DNA of 64,000 nucleotides from Patescibacteria group bacterium (GTDB lineage Bacteria > Patescibacteriota > Minisyncoccia > Phycocordibacterales > UBA2100). Positions 1 to 9,371 of the stretch are shown piece after piece (positions within the stretch are counted from its first letter, which is position 1; each line of letters starts with the position of its first letter). Made by a program: the position numbers and the translations under genes. The stretch covers positions 1,320-65,319 of the forward strand of contig JBBTSD010000011.1 of assembly GCA_038064835.1 (NCBI GenBank), read 5' to 3'. The notes beneath the pieces were generated by a model that saw only the letters and a program-made list of their open reading frames with translations, had not been told where the DNA came from and searched no databases.

Positions 1-711
1 ATGTAACCAGAGGAAGCCGAGCCAGAATGCGCGATAGTCGATGAGTCCTTTTTGCCAACCAGCAGCAAAGGTAACTGTTGCGTTCGCTGGATACCCACCC
101 GAAACAAATCGGAAGGTATGGTCGTCCGGCCTATCTTGCACCACTGCTCTGTGGGGCTGGGGGTAAAAAGCCATTTGTGGCGCGCTTATCGGTCCAGGCA
201 CACGGACCGTAGCTATCACCGAATCAACTGGCACAGAATAATTGCCAGCGAAAACATTCCAGTACAACTCGTCGTGATCGTCGTAGAACCCGAGTGCGCC
301 ATGTACGGTGTACTGCAGTGTCCAGGTACGCTCTTCATCGCGCGCATCGTAATACCATTCGATATTAGTCACACCCGCTTCTTTCCAGGTAGTGTATGAG
401 TTCCAACTTTCTGGATCCTCTTTGTTGAGGCGTGTGCGCGAGTACTCTAAAACATTTCCCACAGCATCAAGTACGCGCACATCGGTAATCGCACTAATCT
501 TTTCATGCGGAATACTTCGCCACCCCTGATGATACTCGCCGACAAACGCAAATGTGTGCTGTTCACTCATGCGTACCACACCGTTTGTTTCAACCAGTGC
601 AGTGAGTGAGATATTGCGGTAATGATATGACCGTTCGGTTTCCTGCGCAGTCAAAACCACTGGCGCGACAAGCGCGAGTGCGATGCACAAGAATCCAAGA
701 AACCGATTCAC
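1..711 (-). CDS. DUF2207-family membrane protein, N-terminal part (gene continues past window start)
   Basis: Minus-strand translation from GTG at 709-711 gives MNRFLGFLCIALALVAPVVLTAQETERSYHYRNISLTALVETNGVVRMSEQ..., a signal peptide followed by a DUF2207-like domain. The start overlaps the lemA stop, and LemA/DUF2207 pairing is the usual arrangement. The track ORF 52..399(+) is antisense to it. Confidence 0.6.
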   Translation of the reverse strand, partial: MNRFLGFLCIALALVAPVVLTAQETERSYHYRNISLTALVETNGVVRMSEQHTFAFVGEYHQGWRSIPHEKISAITDVRVLDAVGNVLEYSRTRLNKEDPESWNSYTTWKEAGVTNIEWYYDARDEERTWTLQYTVHGALGFYDDHDELYWNVFAGNYSVPVDSVIATVRVPGPISAPQMAFYPQPHRAVVQDRPDDHTFRFVSGGYPANATVTFAAGWQKGLIDYRAFWLGFLWLH

Positions 712-715
712 GGAT

Positions 716-1339
716 TTAGAACTGCACTTTTACCGGCTCTTTCGCGGCAGTGTCGCCTTCGGCAAGCTCGAAGAAATCGCGTGATGCAAATTTGAACATC
801 CCTCCGATGATATTACCGGGGAACGACTCAAGGCTGGTATTGAGGTCTCGCACGACGCCGTTGTAGAAACGGCGAGCGGCCTGAATTTTGTTTTCAGTGT
901 CAGACAATTCACGCTGGAGCTCGATGAAGTTTTGATTTGCCTTGAGGTCTGGGTAGCTCTCGGAAACAGCAAAGAGTGATTTGAGTGCGCCTGTAAGCAT
1001 ATTGTCGGCGGCCGAATGTTGCGCCACTGTTTGTGCTCCCATAGCTGCAGTACGCGCCTCTGTCACTTTAGTGAGTGTTGCCGCCTCGTGTTGCATGTAC
1101 CCCTTGACCGATTCGATCAGGTTTGGAATGAGGTCGTAACGACGCTTGAGCTGGACATCAATATCAGACCAGCCTTCCTTAGCTCGGTTGGTGAGCGTGA
1201 CGAAACTGTTGTACATCACCACGAACCACACAGGGATTAGGATAACGATGGCGGTAATATTGAACTTCCATGGGATCACATCGAATATCGCACTGAGACC
1301 CAGCAGGACGATGAGCGCACCAAAAATGACTGATATCAT
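716..1339 (-). CDS. lemA: LemA family protein
   Basis: 207 aa with an N-terminal TM segment and conserved LemA-like regions (NRAKEGWSDIDVQLKRRYDLIPNL, ARRFYNG). Confidence 0.85.
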   Translation of the reverse strand: MISVIFGALIVLLGLSAIFDVIPWKFNITAIVILIPVWFVVMYNSFVTLTNRAKEGWSDIDVQLKRRYDLIPNLIESVKGYMQHEAATLTKVTEARTAAMGAQTVAQHSAADNMLTGALKSLFAVSESYPDLKANQNFIELQRELSDTENKIQAARRFYNGVVRDLNTSLESFPGNIIGGMFKFASRDFFELAEGDTAAKEPVKVQF

Positions 1340-1424
1340 AGAGTTTTTCTAATAGTAACCCCATAACTGTACCACGCGAAAATCGGCCGGCAAGGTCTCT
1401 TGGATAACTTTTCACAAGGTGATT

Positions 1425-1573
1425 GAGTAGCCATTGGGAAGTAAGGTTTCTGGAGTGTAAGACCGGTTAGCGACCAAGAAAACAAGGAGTGGCTACGACT
1501 ATGTTTTTGGAAGCACCCTTTGTGGTGCGGCCTTGGAGCGCACTCCAGAAACCTTACTTCCCAATGGCTACTC
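1425..1573. repeat. Palindromic element A: 33-bp perfect inverted arms (gagtagccattgggaagtaaggtttctggagtg / revcomp) around an ~85-nt interior
   Basis: The arms at 1425-1457 and 1541-1573 are exact reverse complements. The core aaggtttctggagtg...cactccagaaacctt is shared with element B at 13273-13359. Confidence 0.8.
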
Positions 1574-1600
1574 GGGGTGTGGGAATTCACTCAAAATGTC

Positions 1601-1629
1601 TTGACATAGGAGTAAAACATGCTATTATG
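1601..1629 (+). promoter_or_regulatory. sigma70-like promoter TTGACA-17-TATTAT
   Basis: ttgacat at 1601-1606 and tattat at 1624-1629 with a 17-nt spacer. A strong SD (aaggagg) sits 7 nt before the ATG at 1685. Confidence 0.55.
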
Positions 1630-1684
1630 AAGTTTGGCTAAGGAGCCAGTTCTACAATAAACCAGAGAAAGAAGGAGGAGCGAC

Positions 1685-2356
1685 ATGTCGCTCACTGTTC
1701 CGAATAACTGCCGTCGTGTACTGTTTCAATTCATCCTGCCGGGTTCCCTGTTTGGGAAGACCTTCCCGGCCTTCGCCGACGACCTCGGCGTCGAGACACC
1801 GGAGCAGGCTGAGACTCGCCAAGAAAAGCTGCGCGCCCATCCGGGCACGAAGCTGATCTCGATCGAGTCCGGACTCGTCACCGGTCGCAACTTCATCGGG
1901 CGCGTCGGCGACGATGGCTCGATGGAGTTCGCATCCTCGCCGAACGCCCAGCCGGACCCGATGACCGTCCTGATGGACGCGAGCTTCAAGCTCGCGCGCG
2001 TCAAGGTACAGGAGCGCGGCGAGCGTTTGGGCCACATCGTCATCAGCTTCGTCTTCGGACGGAATGAGGACACCTGGAAGCACCCGGTGGGAACGCGCCA
2101 GGAGGCAGTCGCGTGGTTCATGGACCTCTTGGAGAACGGGTGGGGGCAAGTTGCCGCCTACCGGAATCCGATGGTCCGCGACGATGTCGTAGTGCCGGAT
2201 GTGACCGAGTTCGCGGTGCGCCTCGCGCGCAAGGCAAACTCGTTCCCGAAGCACTACGAGTTCGGGGATGAAGTCGGACTCGGCCTGCGCGCAGTCACGA
2301 ATACGACCCGCGCAGTCAAGGACGCGGCGCGAGCGAAAGCGAGCGCCGCGGACTAA
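1685..2356 (+). CDS. hypothetical protein, high-GC (~67%) gene
   Basis: 223-aa ORF with a strong SD, an upstream promoter and a downstream rho-independent terminator. Its composition differs sharply from the flanking ~47% GC. No recognisable domain. Confidence 0.55.
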   Translation: MSLTVPNNCRRVLFQFILPGSLFGKTFPAFADDLGVETPEQAETRQEKLRAHPGTKLISIESGLVTGRNFIGRVGDDGSMEFASSPNAQPDPMTVLMDASFKLARVKVQERGERLGHIVISFVFGRNEDTWKHPVGTRQEAVAWFMDLLENGWGQVAAYRNPMVRDDVVVPDVTEFAVRLARKANSFPKHYEFGDEVGLGLRAVTNTTRAVKDAARAKASAAD

Positions 2357-2376
2357 GCTGACCAGCACAGGAAGAA

Positions 2377-2408
2377 GGGCCGCACCACTGGTGCGGCCCT
2401 TTTATGTT
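2377..2408 (+). terminator. rho-independent terminator
   Basis: Stem gggccgcacc / ggtgcggccc followed by ttttatgtt. Confidence 0.7.
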
Positions 2409-2458
2409 GCACAGCATTCATTTTTGTGGCAGAACTCTCCTAGCACGGAGAACACCGT

Positions 2459-2761
2459 ATGGATATGTGGGTAGTTTTATGGCTCGCTCTCGCACTCCTT
2501 GCACTGGTTGCTTCCTGCGCAGGGACACATGAAGAAGAAGGAGGCTTCATGGTGATTGGGGGCGCGGTAGCATGCCTTATGTGCGCCTTTTGGGCTGGAT
2601 CACTGTATTCAAGCAACACCTTGGGTGAGAATCTGGTCGCCGCCTGCGCCGAACAGACGCAAGTCCAAAAAGAACGGAAAATCGAATGCACCGTCCGCCT
2701 TCAAGTGCAGGACGGCGTGTTCCAGAAAATCCTTCCGATCAAAAAGGAACCGTCTCCATGA
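2459..2761 (+). CDS. small membrane / lipoprotein-like hypothetical
   Basis: 100 aa with a hydrophobic N-terminus and a lipobox-like LVASC, plus a second TM segment. GGAG lies 8 nt upstream of the ATG. Confidence 0.4.
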   Translation: MDMWVVLWLALALLALVASCAGTHEEEGGFMVIGGAVACLMCAFWAGSLYSSNTLGENLVAACAEQTQVQKERKIECTVRLQVQDGVFQKILPIKKEPSP

Positions 2762-2839
2762 ACACACACAACGAACGCTGTGGCAACCTTTTGCCACAGC
2801 GCTTTTTAATTTTTGTTGCACAAAAATCACGCCACCTAT

Positions 2840-4051
2840 ATGCTCCGCATAGAAACTGTAGAGGAGAGATGCGTGACGAACATCGTCATCACTGGCATGG
2901 GCCTGCTTTCTGCCGCCGGAGACCGACGGCAGGCAGGCCGCGGATTGCTCGGAAAGCTTCGCGTGGACCAAGCCCGGACAACCCTTTCAGGGAGAAAGGT
3001 TCGGGTATGCGAACTTGGCGACCACTTCGCCACTGCGAAAGAAAGTGCTCCATCCTGGGCGCACACTCTAGACCGTAGCGTTGTAGCCGCGCTAAGCGTG
3101 GCACAACTTGCTATGGAAAACACCCGTCTGGCAGGAGTTAATTTGTCTCGCTATGGAGTGTATCTGGGGAGCTCGCGTTTCTCTGATCATACGAAAACTA
3201 GGTATCAACAGCTACTGACATCCGGGGAAAAACTCCCCAAAGATGCACTCATCCAAAGCCTGGCTTTTGGCCCTGCATTCTGGGTTGCGAAGCACTTTGG
3301 AATAGAGGGCCCTACAGAAGCAATCACCAGCGCATGTACCGGATCGCTCCAGGCACTGATGCGTGCCTGCGACGCGCTGAAGCTGGGATACATCGATGCC
3401 GCGCTTGTGTGCGGTGTGGAAACCAGCCTCACAGATTTGTGTGTCGAACAATTCGCACAACTTGGGGTATGTTCGAAAAGTGGTATATGTCGTGCCTTCG
3501 ATAAAAATCGTGATGGGACAATTCCTGGCGAAGGAGCGGCCGCGATTCTTCTTGAAACAGAAAAGTATGCTCGCGCACGCGGCAGACCGATTTTTGCTCG
3601 CGTCTGTGGGTACGCATCTGTGAACGACGGATTTGCATACGCAAACGATCCTTCGGGAAACGGCATCATGCGCGCTATCCACCAGGCACTGCAATGCGCT
3701 CATTTGATGCCAGAAGACATCGATGTCGTTAATGCACATGCTCCTGGTACTGTCGCCGGCGACCTGAGCGAAGGCAGAGCGCTTGAAAAATTCTCCCCAG
3801 CCACACCTGTCTACACTGCCAAACCTTTAATCGGGCACTGCAATGGAGCAGCCAGTCTGATGGAAACCGTTCTTGGCATTGACGCACTGAACGAAGGTGT
3901 CGTTCCTGGGAATTACTGTGAAGAGCAGGATCCTGGCTGTGGTGATATCTACTTGCCACGCGATACCGAATCGCGGAAGATGCGAACACTCCTGAAGATA
4001 TCATCGGGGATTGGCGGCGTTCACGCCGCGGCAATTTTCCAAAAAGCATAG
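2840..4051 (+). CDS. beta-ketoacyl-ACP synthase (KAS I/II, FabF/FabB-like) family protein
   Basis: Active-site Cys motif ITSACTGS and His motifs NAHAPGT and GHCNGAAS. The start is uncertain: the track ORF begins at TTG 2813, an ATG lies at 2840, and GTG 2870 has an AGGAGAG SD. Confidence 0.75.
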   Translation: MLRIETVEERCVTNIVITGMGLLSAAGDRRQAGRGLLGKLRVDQARTTLSGRKVRVCELGDHFATAKESAPSWAHTLDRSVVAALSVAQLAMENTRLAGVNLSRYGVYLGSSRFSDHTKTRYQQLLTSGEKLPKDALIQSLAFGPAFWVAKHFGIEGPTEAITSACTGSLQALMRACDALKLGYIDAALVCGVETSLTDLCVEQFAQLGVCSKSGICRAFDKNRDGTIPGEGAAAILLETEKYARARGRPIFARVCGYASVNDGFAYANDPSGNGIMRAIHQALQCAHLMPEDIDVVNAHAPGTVAGDLSEGRALEKFSPATPVYTAKPLIGHCNGAASLMETVLGIDALNEGVVPGNYCEEQDPGCGDIYLPRDTESRKMRTLLKISSGIGGVHAAAIFQKA

Positions 4052-4056
4052 TACGC

Positions 4057-4094
4057 GAAAGCGCGGCCCACGGCCACGCTTTCTTTGTTTTTTG
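4057..4094 (+). terminator. palindrome gaaagcgcggcc-cacg-gccacgctttc plus T-tract, terminator
   Basis: Hairpin followed by tttctttgttttttg immediately after the KAS stop. A related palindrome occurs at 10701-10747. Confidence 0.65.
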
Positions 4095-4406
4095 ATGTTT
4101 TCTACGGGGCATACCTGACACTATTTCTCCCGATACTGAACAGTGCTTGATTGTCGTCAGCGTGCACCACGAAGTACAGCGTCCGCAATCGACCCCACTC
4201 ACCTTCCGTATATGTGACCTTGAAGTCGCCGTCCCTGGCGCGACTGGGCTCGATCAGCTCGGTCTTGGCGACTTACCCCCAATCACCCTTTTGTTCCCAC
4301 AGGTCATGGTGGACTACTGCAACCTATACACCATCTCACCATGGAGACCCTGGTAACGTTTTAGTTAGCTAAAACGGGCGAGCTTTTCGCTCGGCAATAA
4401 TGATGT

Positions 4407-5075
4407 ATGATTCAATTGCGACCCCACAATTCCATGAACCTCTCCACCTTTCTTTCTGTTGGGAATGTTTCGGCTCGATGTGCGGTTGCTCTGGTTTCGT
4501 TATTTGTATTCGTGTCGGCAGTGAGCCCTGTCATTACGACCGCATATTATAATGCGGTGTCTGTCGATACAATCTGTCGGACTGAAGATCAGACGATTGA
4601 AGTCCTCCTCCCGGCAAATTGGTTGTACAAAGAGCAGGCTTATAAAACAATAGGCGGTGCTGAGGTCTTCTATTTGAAGCTAAGTGACCAAGCCGATCAG
4701 GGTAGCAGGGCTACGAAAGGTGGGTATGTATTGCGTTCGACAGCGTCCGGCATTTTCGGTTTACCTAGTACGATTACCTCGCGTCTCGATCCCCGCGAAA
4801 TGGTGAACTTCTATCTGCACCAAATTATACGCTCTTCAATGCAAGGGAAAGTGCTGAGCGTAAAAGTGATTGAACGGAACGGCGAGAAGGTATATTCGGT
4901 AGAGTGGTCTTATGTCACAAGCCTGAACCGTGATCAAATCGAATTCATCGTGCTCGACGAATTCATTTTTAGAGGGGATACGGTCTACCAGTCGCATGGA
5001 GTGTATGCCTCATTCCGGTCGGAAATTCGCAACACGATCGTTCGGATGGTCCAGTCGCTCAAAGCAAGTAAATAG
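4407..5075 (+). CDS. secreted hypothetical protein
   Basis: Signal-peptide-like N-terminus (MNLSTFLSVGNVSARCAVALVSLFVFVSAVSP from the alternative start at 4434). No recognised domain. Confidence 0.5.
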   Translation: MIQLRPHNSMNLSTFLSVGNVSARCAVALVSLFVFVSAVSPVITTAYYNAVSVDTICRTEDQTIEVLLPANWLYKEQAYKTIGGAEVFYLKLSDQADQGSRATKGGYVLRSTASGIFGLPSTITSRLDPREMVNFYLHQIIRSSMQGKVLSVKVIERNGEKVYSVEWSYVTSLNRDQIEFIVLDEFIFRGDTVYQSHGVYASFRSEIRNTIVRMVQSLKASK

Positions 5076-5077
5076 GT

Positions 5078-6841
5078 ATGAAAAAGTATTTCAACGCAGG
5101 CATCCTCACGCTTACGGTAATTCTCGTTGGGACTCATCCATCTGCTGTATCCGCCGAAGTATATTCGAGCATTGATACGCAAAAGCTTGAGGCCACTATC
5201 GGCACAGACAAAGCGGTCGGCACCTGGACACTGCAAGTACAAAACACCGGCGGGGCTGTTGGCTTCGAGGATTTTAGGAATTTTGGTGCCACCGGGTTGC
5301 TTAGTTACGAACTTACAAAAGCTTTCGACGATAATGGACCTCTTGCAATCAATTTTGAGGAAGGATTCAAGGCGATTCGTTTGCGTTCGGCAGGGAATGG
5401 CATTTCCAATGTGAAAGTTCAATATGACATAAAAACAGCACTAACCCACCCAATCGCAATTTATGAATTTTGGGTGGCTGGCGGGGGATATTTCAACTTC
5501 CCACAACTCAACGTCAGCTACCAAAAAGGCTGGAAAGTCCTTGCCACTTATCCAAACGCGACAATTACGGATACGACCATTGCAATCAAATACCCGACAG
5601 ACACCCCATACATCTACCCCGCACTCATTGCTTTTGTTCCGACTGATATCGGGCCTGGTAATGTCATCAAGACCGTTGGTCGCTTCACGCTCGCTGGGTC
5701 GGTGCAGTCCGTTGCAAAGCTAGAAAGCGCCGTCACATCGATGACATACTTGGACGATCTTTTTACATCATCACTTGGCGTTCCTGCTCCGACGAAACTA
5801 ATAATTTACGCGGCCGACCTAAGGAACGCCGATGTGGGCTATGAAGCGTTCGCGCTAGCCGCACGACCCGACATCGTGCTCTACAACAAGGACATCCTAA
5901 CGAACCAGTCGCTTGCAGAGGTGCAAACGACACTTGTTCACGAGATTGCACACACAGTGGAGCAGGATAAGAACCTATTCCGCGGAGCCCCATATGTGGC
6001 ACCTTGGTTCAGAGAGGGTCTGGCTGTCTTCATGGAAATTCAAGCGCGCCCCTATATTTTCAAGAACCTCAATGAGCAAGCCATTGCAGATCTTGCCGGG
6101 CATACACATATGCTGAGTGCTGCGGAGCTGAAGAGGAAAAATGAGAAATCCTTTGACTACATCTTTGAAGGTGGCGTGTTTGCCCCACTGAACGATGCAT
6201 ATGCACATGCAGGTGTTGCCGTTGCACGCTTCGCGCAAAAGGCGGGGGCCAGCGGCATGCAGAAGTTGTTTGTCCAACTTGCGGATAAGACTTCGACGCA
6301 ACTCTCACAGACTGAAGACTCCAGCAAGATACTTGCGAGCATGGCCAGTATAAGCGGATTGCCACAAGAAGAGATACTTTTCCCGTTCAAGAAGAGCCAG
6401 AATTTTGAGCTGGACACAACGCCATTCGTTCACCCCGAGTATACAGGCACCGCCGCGGATGGGGTCGTGGACTACATCAAGTATAGAATACCCAACTATT
6501 TCACTGGTGCGATGCCGGTTGCGAGCATGTTACCTCTGCCACCTATCGTAGTGCCAGCACCGAGTACTTCGCCAGCTTTCACATCTGGCAGTTGCAAGAT
6601 AACTAAAGCACTCAAGCTGGGAACGAAGGACGCAGAGGTGACAACATTGCAGCGCTTCCTGATCAGTAAGGGATATCTGGCCACCGATAATAATTCAGGC
6701 TACTTCGGTTCTATGACGCAAGCTGCGCTTCAAAAATGGCAAAAAGCGAACAGGCTTGTTTCAAATGGCACACTGACCACGACAGGCTTCGGCGTGATGG
6801 GGCCGAAGTCTCGAGCGCTGTTCGCGCAGCAGTGCAAGTAG
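5078..6841 (+). CDS. secreted zinc metallopeptidase (HExxH, Peptidase_MA-like) with C-terminal peptidoglycan-binding domain
   Basis: Signal peptide, HEIAH...WFREGLAVFME motif, and a C-terminal PG_binding_1-like segment (LQRFLISKGYL...QAALQKWQKANRLVSNG). Confidence 0.7.
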   Translation: MKKYFNAGILTLTVILVGTHPSAVSAEVYSSIDTQKLEATIGTDKAVGTWTLQVQNTGGAVGFEDFRNFGATGLLSYELTKAFDDNGPLAINFEEGFKAIRLRSAGNGISNVKVQYDIKTALTHPIAIYEFWVAGGGYFNFPQLNVSYQKGWKVLATYPNATITDTTIAIKYPTDTPYIYPALIAFVPTDIGPGNVIKTVGRFTLAGSVQSVAKLESAVTSMTYLDDLFTSSLGVPAPTKLIIYAADLRNADVGYEAFALAARPDIVLYNKDILTNQSLAEVQTTLVHEIAHTVEQDKNLFRGAPYVAPWFREGLAVFMEIQARPYIFKNLNEQAIADLAGHTHMLSAAELKRKNEKSFDYIFEGGVFAPLNDAYAHAGVAVARFAQKAGASGMQKLFVQLADKTSTQLSQTEDSSKILASMASISGLPQEEILFPFKKSQNFELDTTPFVHPEYTGTAADGVVDYIKYRIPNYFTGAMPVASMLPLPPIVVPAPSTSPAFTSGSCKITKALKLGTKDAEVTTLQRFLISKGYLATDNNSGYFGSMTQAALQKWQKANRLVSNGTLTTTGFGVMGPKSRALFAQQCK

Positions 6842-7051
6842 AAGACGCCACACACCCTGCCCCCGATAATATTCGATACTGTGCCTGGGCAGCTTTCTTA
6901 ATCCTGGTCGACTGTTTCGACACTCTCACTTACCACCAATTATTTACAGGGCCTGTGATACTAAAAAAGGCAAAGAGAAATGCGCAAATTCCAAATAAGA
7001 TAAGGCCGAATTTAAGATATGAGGTAAAGAATTTGGGGGTAAAAGGTGGGT

Positions 7052-7075
7052 AAAAGGTGTCAGGAACCTTTTTTC
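7052..7075. repeat. REP family 1 hairpin (aaaaggtgtcaggaacctttt), copy a
   Basis: Stem aaaaggt/acctttt; overlaps the last codons of RAYT-1. An inverted copy lies at 7744-7766. Confidence 0.7.
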
Positions 7076-7726
7076 GGTCTACCCCGTGGCCGTACCGTTG
7101 TCTCCAAATCATACCTCTTGATTACTCGCCTCACCCACGAGTCAGATCCGAAAGGATTGCCTCGCGCAATCGATTGACGCATAGCTTCAACCTCGACCTC
7201 TGATTGGGGCTCATTAAGCAGTGTAATATAGTTTTTTGGTATCGAGACTGGCCATTCACTAAGGAGTGACTGCTCTTGCAATGTCCCCTTTTCTCGTCTC
7301 CATACACTTCCCCACTGCCAACCCTCTGCTTTCTTAACGAGCCGGGCGCGGAGTGGGTTGCGCTCGACATAGCGAACAAGTTGCATGAAATGATCGTCCT
7401 GTTCACACAGAAAGGACTTGTAGCGACCTTGGTACAAGTGGCCGTGACCTATGGTCTTGTGTGCAGAATGCCAACGCTGGGTATGTGTCAGTGTGAGCCA
7501 GTTCACGAACTTGGTGAGATCCCCGTCCTTTCTTGTATGCACCACCAGATGCCAGTGGTTGGGCATGACGCAATATGCAAGTAGATGAACTCCGCTGCGC
7601 TTCTGCAAGTACGGCTTCGAAAAGTTGGTAGTCTTTCTTTTGCTCAAACAGGGGCAAGCGCGCATTTGCTCTGTTGAGCACATGGTATATGTGATCACCT
7701 ACGTCAGTTCGCAAGGCTCTGCCCAT
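7060..7726 (-). pseudogene. REP-associated tyrosine transposase (IS200-like Y1/HUH) RAYT-1, frameshifted
   Basis: N-terminal frame (7403..7726) gives HIYHVLNRANARLPLFEQKKDYQLFEAVLAEAQRS. C-terminal frame (7060..7698) gives GVHLLAYCVMPNHWHLVV...HLYQGRYKS, the HUH and catalytic-Tyr region. The frames switch near 7590-7598 (cagcggagttcat). Joined, the YHV-to-HWH spacing is 47 aa, which is typical. Confidence 0.65.
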
Positions 7727-7743
7727 ATGTGCAATCTATCATA

Positions 7744-7766
7744 GAAAAGGTTCCTGACACCATTTT
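7744..7766. repeat. REP family 1 hairpin, copy b (inverted relative to copy a)
   Basis: gaaaaggttcctgacaccatttt; flanks RAYT-1 on the opposite side. Confidence 0.7.
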
Positions 7767-7772
7767 CTCACT

Positions 7773-8240
7773 TTACGCAACCACAGAGTGCTCTCTGAAG
7801 GTCTTCCACTCCTTATCTGGTTGCATCATAAATTGTAACTGGTGTCCTTTTGACAGAGAGGAATCTACTTGGATACGTTTCACCTTTTGCTCGAAATACT
7901 CGGGCTTCCACTCCGATGCGTAAAAAACAAATTCTCTCATGCTGTTATACGTGATCGTATTTGTGTGGATTGCCTCATGCCTTTCCTCAAGAACTTTTAC
8001 AAGTTCATCTTCAATCTTGTGCAGTTCCTGAGCTTCCGCATTGGTGGGTAGCCCATCAGATGTTGGATTGAACAATGGAACCGCCACTCCAATCTGGAAC
8101 GGATACTTTGGGTGGCCTATCGCGTCGATCAAGCCCGTCCTGCAACGAGTAAAAATCGGTCTGTCAGTTAGACGACCTTCCAGAATCTGCCAGTCATCTC
8201 CGTAGTCAGATATATTCTTAAATTTCTTCTGCCAAAACAT
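7773..8240 (-). CDS. hypothetical protein; candidate immunity protein for the upstream GIY-YIG module
   Basis: 155 aa, cytoplasmic-looking. Its start lies 2 nt after the stop of 8243..8779. Call is by position only. Confidence 0.4.
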   Translation of the reverse strand: MFWQKKFKNISDYGDDWQILEGRLTDRPIFTRCRTGLIDAIGHPKYPFQIGVAVPLFNPTSDGLPTNAEAQELHKIEDELVKVLEERHEAIHTNTITYNSMREFVFYASEWKPEYFEQKVKRIQVDSSLSKGHQLQFMMQPDKEWKTFREHSVVA

Positions 8241-8242
8241 AT

Positions 8243-8779
8243 TTACTTTTTGAGGCTTTTTAGTGCAGCTGATAGCTTCGTCAGCGCGGAAGACAACGAA
8301 CTGAGTTTTGATTGCAGTGAGCCACTAACACCGTGACCAAAACTTTGCGCTACTGTGCTTAGCTGAGACGTTGGGGAGATGGAATTTCTTAGATTTAGAA
8401 GCTGACCTCCATTTTTTTGCATGCCAAATTTTTCAATAAGGCTCTGCTCTCCTAACCTTGCTTCAGTTTTGGTCAAGGCACCTTTGGGACCGACCACCTC
8501 GTAGTCCAGCTCGTCTTTGCCACTTCCCGTTTTCCCCCGGTGCTCGTTCCATCTTACCTCAGTATCTCGCTTTGTAATACCGACATAGCGTGTCGTTCCC
8601 ACATCATCCGCTCCTCGATAGAGTGAGTATGTGGCATCGGCTGCCTTTCCAGCCCGCAGCGCCATGCCACCTACCGCCGGCACACCGGGGAAAGCAAGTG
8701 CCCCCGCATCAAGAATCACACCAGCGGCATTGAATGCACTTGGATCTTGCCTGAATGCGTTGATTGAAAGACCAAGCAT
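8243..8779 (-). CDS. orphan polymorphic-toxin C-terminal module with GIY-YIG-like (URI) nuclease motifs
   Basis: YSLYRG...YVGITKRDTEVRWNEH...TKTEARLGEQSLIEKFG matches the GIY/YIG/R/E pattern. The N-terminus is a Gly/Ala-rich hydrophobic stretch like that preceding the toxin domain of the RHS protein. The in-frame stop lies inside REP1 copy c. Confidence 0.5.
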   Translation of the reverse strand: MLGLSINAFRQDPSAFNAAGVILDAGALAFPGVPAVGGMALRAGKAADATYSLYRGADDVGTTRYVGITKRDTEVRWNEHRGKTGSGKDELDYEVVGPKGALTKTEARLGEQSLIEKFGMQKNGGQLLNLRNSISPTSQLSTVAQSFGHGVSGSLQSKLSSLSSALTKLSAALKSLKK

Positions 8780-8814
8780 CGCCGCATCGAATGGGCTTTC
8801 GACATATAGACCTT

Positions 8815-8870
8815 TGAAAAAATGGTGTCAGGTACCTTTTTCCCTGGGAATTAATTGTACCTGACACTAT
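8815..8870. repeat. REP family 1, copy c (composite: gaaaaaatggtgtcaggtacctttttcc plus inverted half gtacctgacac)
   Basis: 29 nt identical to the copy at 10631-10660. The second inverted half-site at 8857-8867 makes a BIME-like pair. Confidence 0.7.
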
Positions 8871-8911
8871 TCTCCTCCATCATTATTCTCCAAAAGCGAA
8901 AAAGAGCTATC

Positions 8912-9367
8912 TCAAGAAAGAGCCTTGCTGAATTGATCAAACGCATCTCCTTCTAGATATTTTTTTGCAGTATCACTAGTCTGTTTAGACAGAGTCATTT
9001 TCTCGAATACTTCCGTACCAAGCATTGTACGAATTTGTTCGTCGTTGGATTTGTTATATGTATCGTTTACAAAATCGAACGCTTTTTTTACTACAGGGTC
9101 TGAATCTGAAGCCTGTGCTATTTTGTTCACAAAGAAATCCCCGAAAACCCCGAAATGCAGATAGGGATTCTCTTTGCCCCAAAGGACATAGTCTTTGTAT
9201 TCCTTAAACTCAGGAATGTATTCGATTACGGTATCGCAAAGATTGATAGCAGGTTGATATCGAGCAAAATCTATAGGTTCACCAGGCAAGCCGCTTTTCT
9301 TATGAAGCTCTATAAGCTGATCTTTTAGTTGCTGTGTTTTTTCGTGTAAGTTATCTCTGTTAGCCAT
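8912..9367 (-). CDS. hypothetical protein; candidate immunity protein for RHS toxin
   Basis: 151-aa ORF starting 4 nt after the RHS stop. Call is positional. Confidence 0.45.
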   Translation of the reverse strand: MANRDNLHEKTQQLKDQLIELHKKSGLPGEPIDFARYQPAINLCDTVIEYIPEFKEYKDYVLWGKENPYLHFGVFGDFFVNKIAQASDSDPVVKKAFDFVNDTYNKSNDEQIRTMLGTEVFEKMTLSKQTSDTAKKYLEGDAFDQFSKALS

Positions 9368-9371
9368 AAAT

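Noticed and set aside
52-399. Track ORF 52..399(+) 115 aa
   Set aside because: It is antisense to the well-supported DUF2207 N-terminal region on the minus strand, with no SD and no recognisable motifs.
1652-2368. 238-aa minus-strand ORF fully overlapping the high-GC gene
   Set aside because: Long antisense ORFs are expected in 67% GC sequence. The plus-strand ORF has the SD, promoter and terminator.
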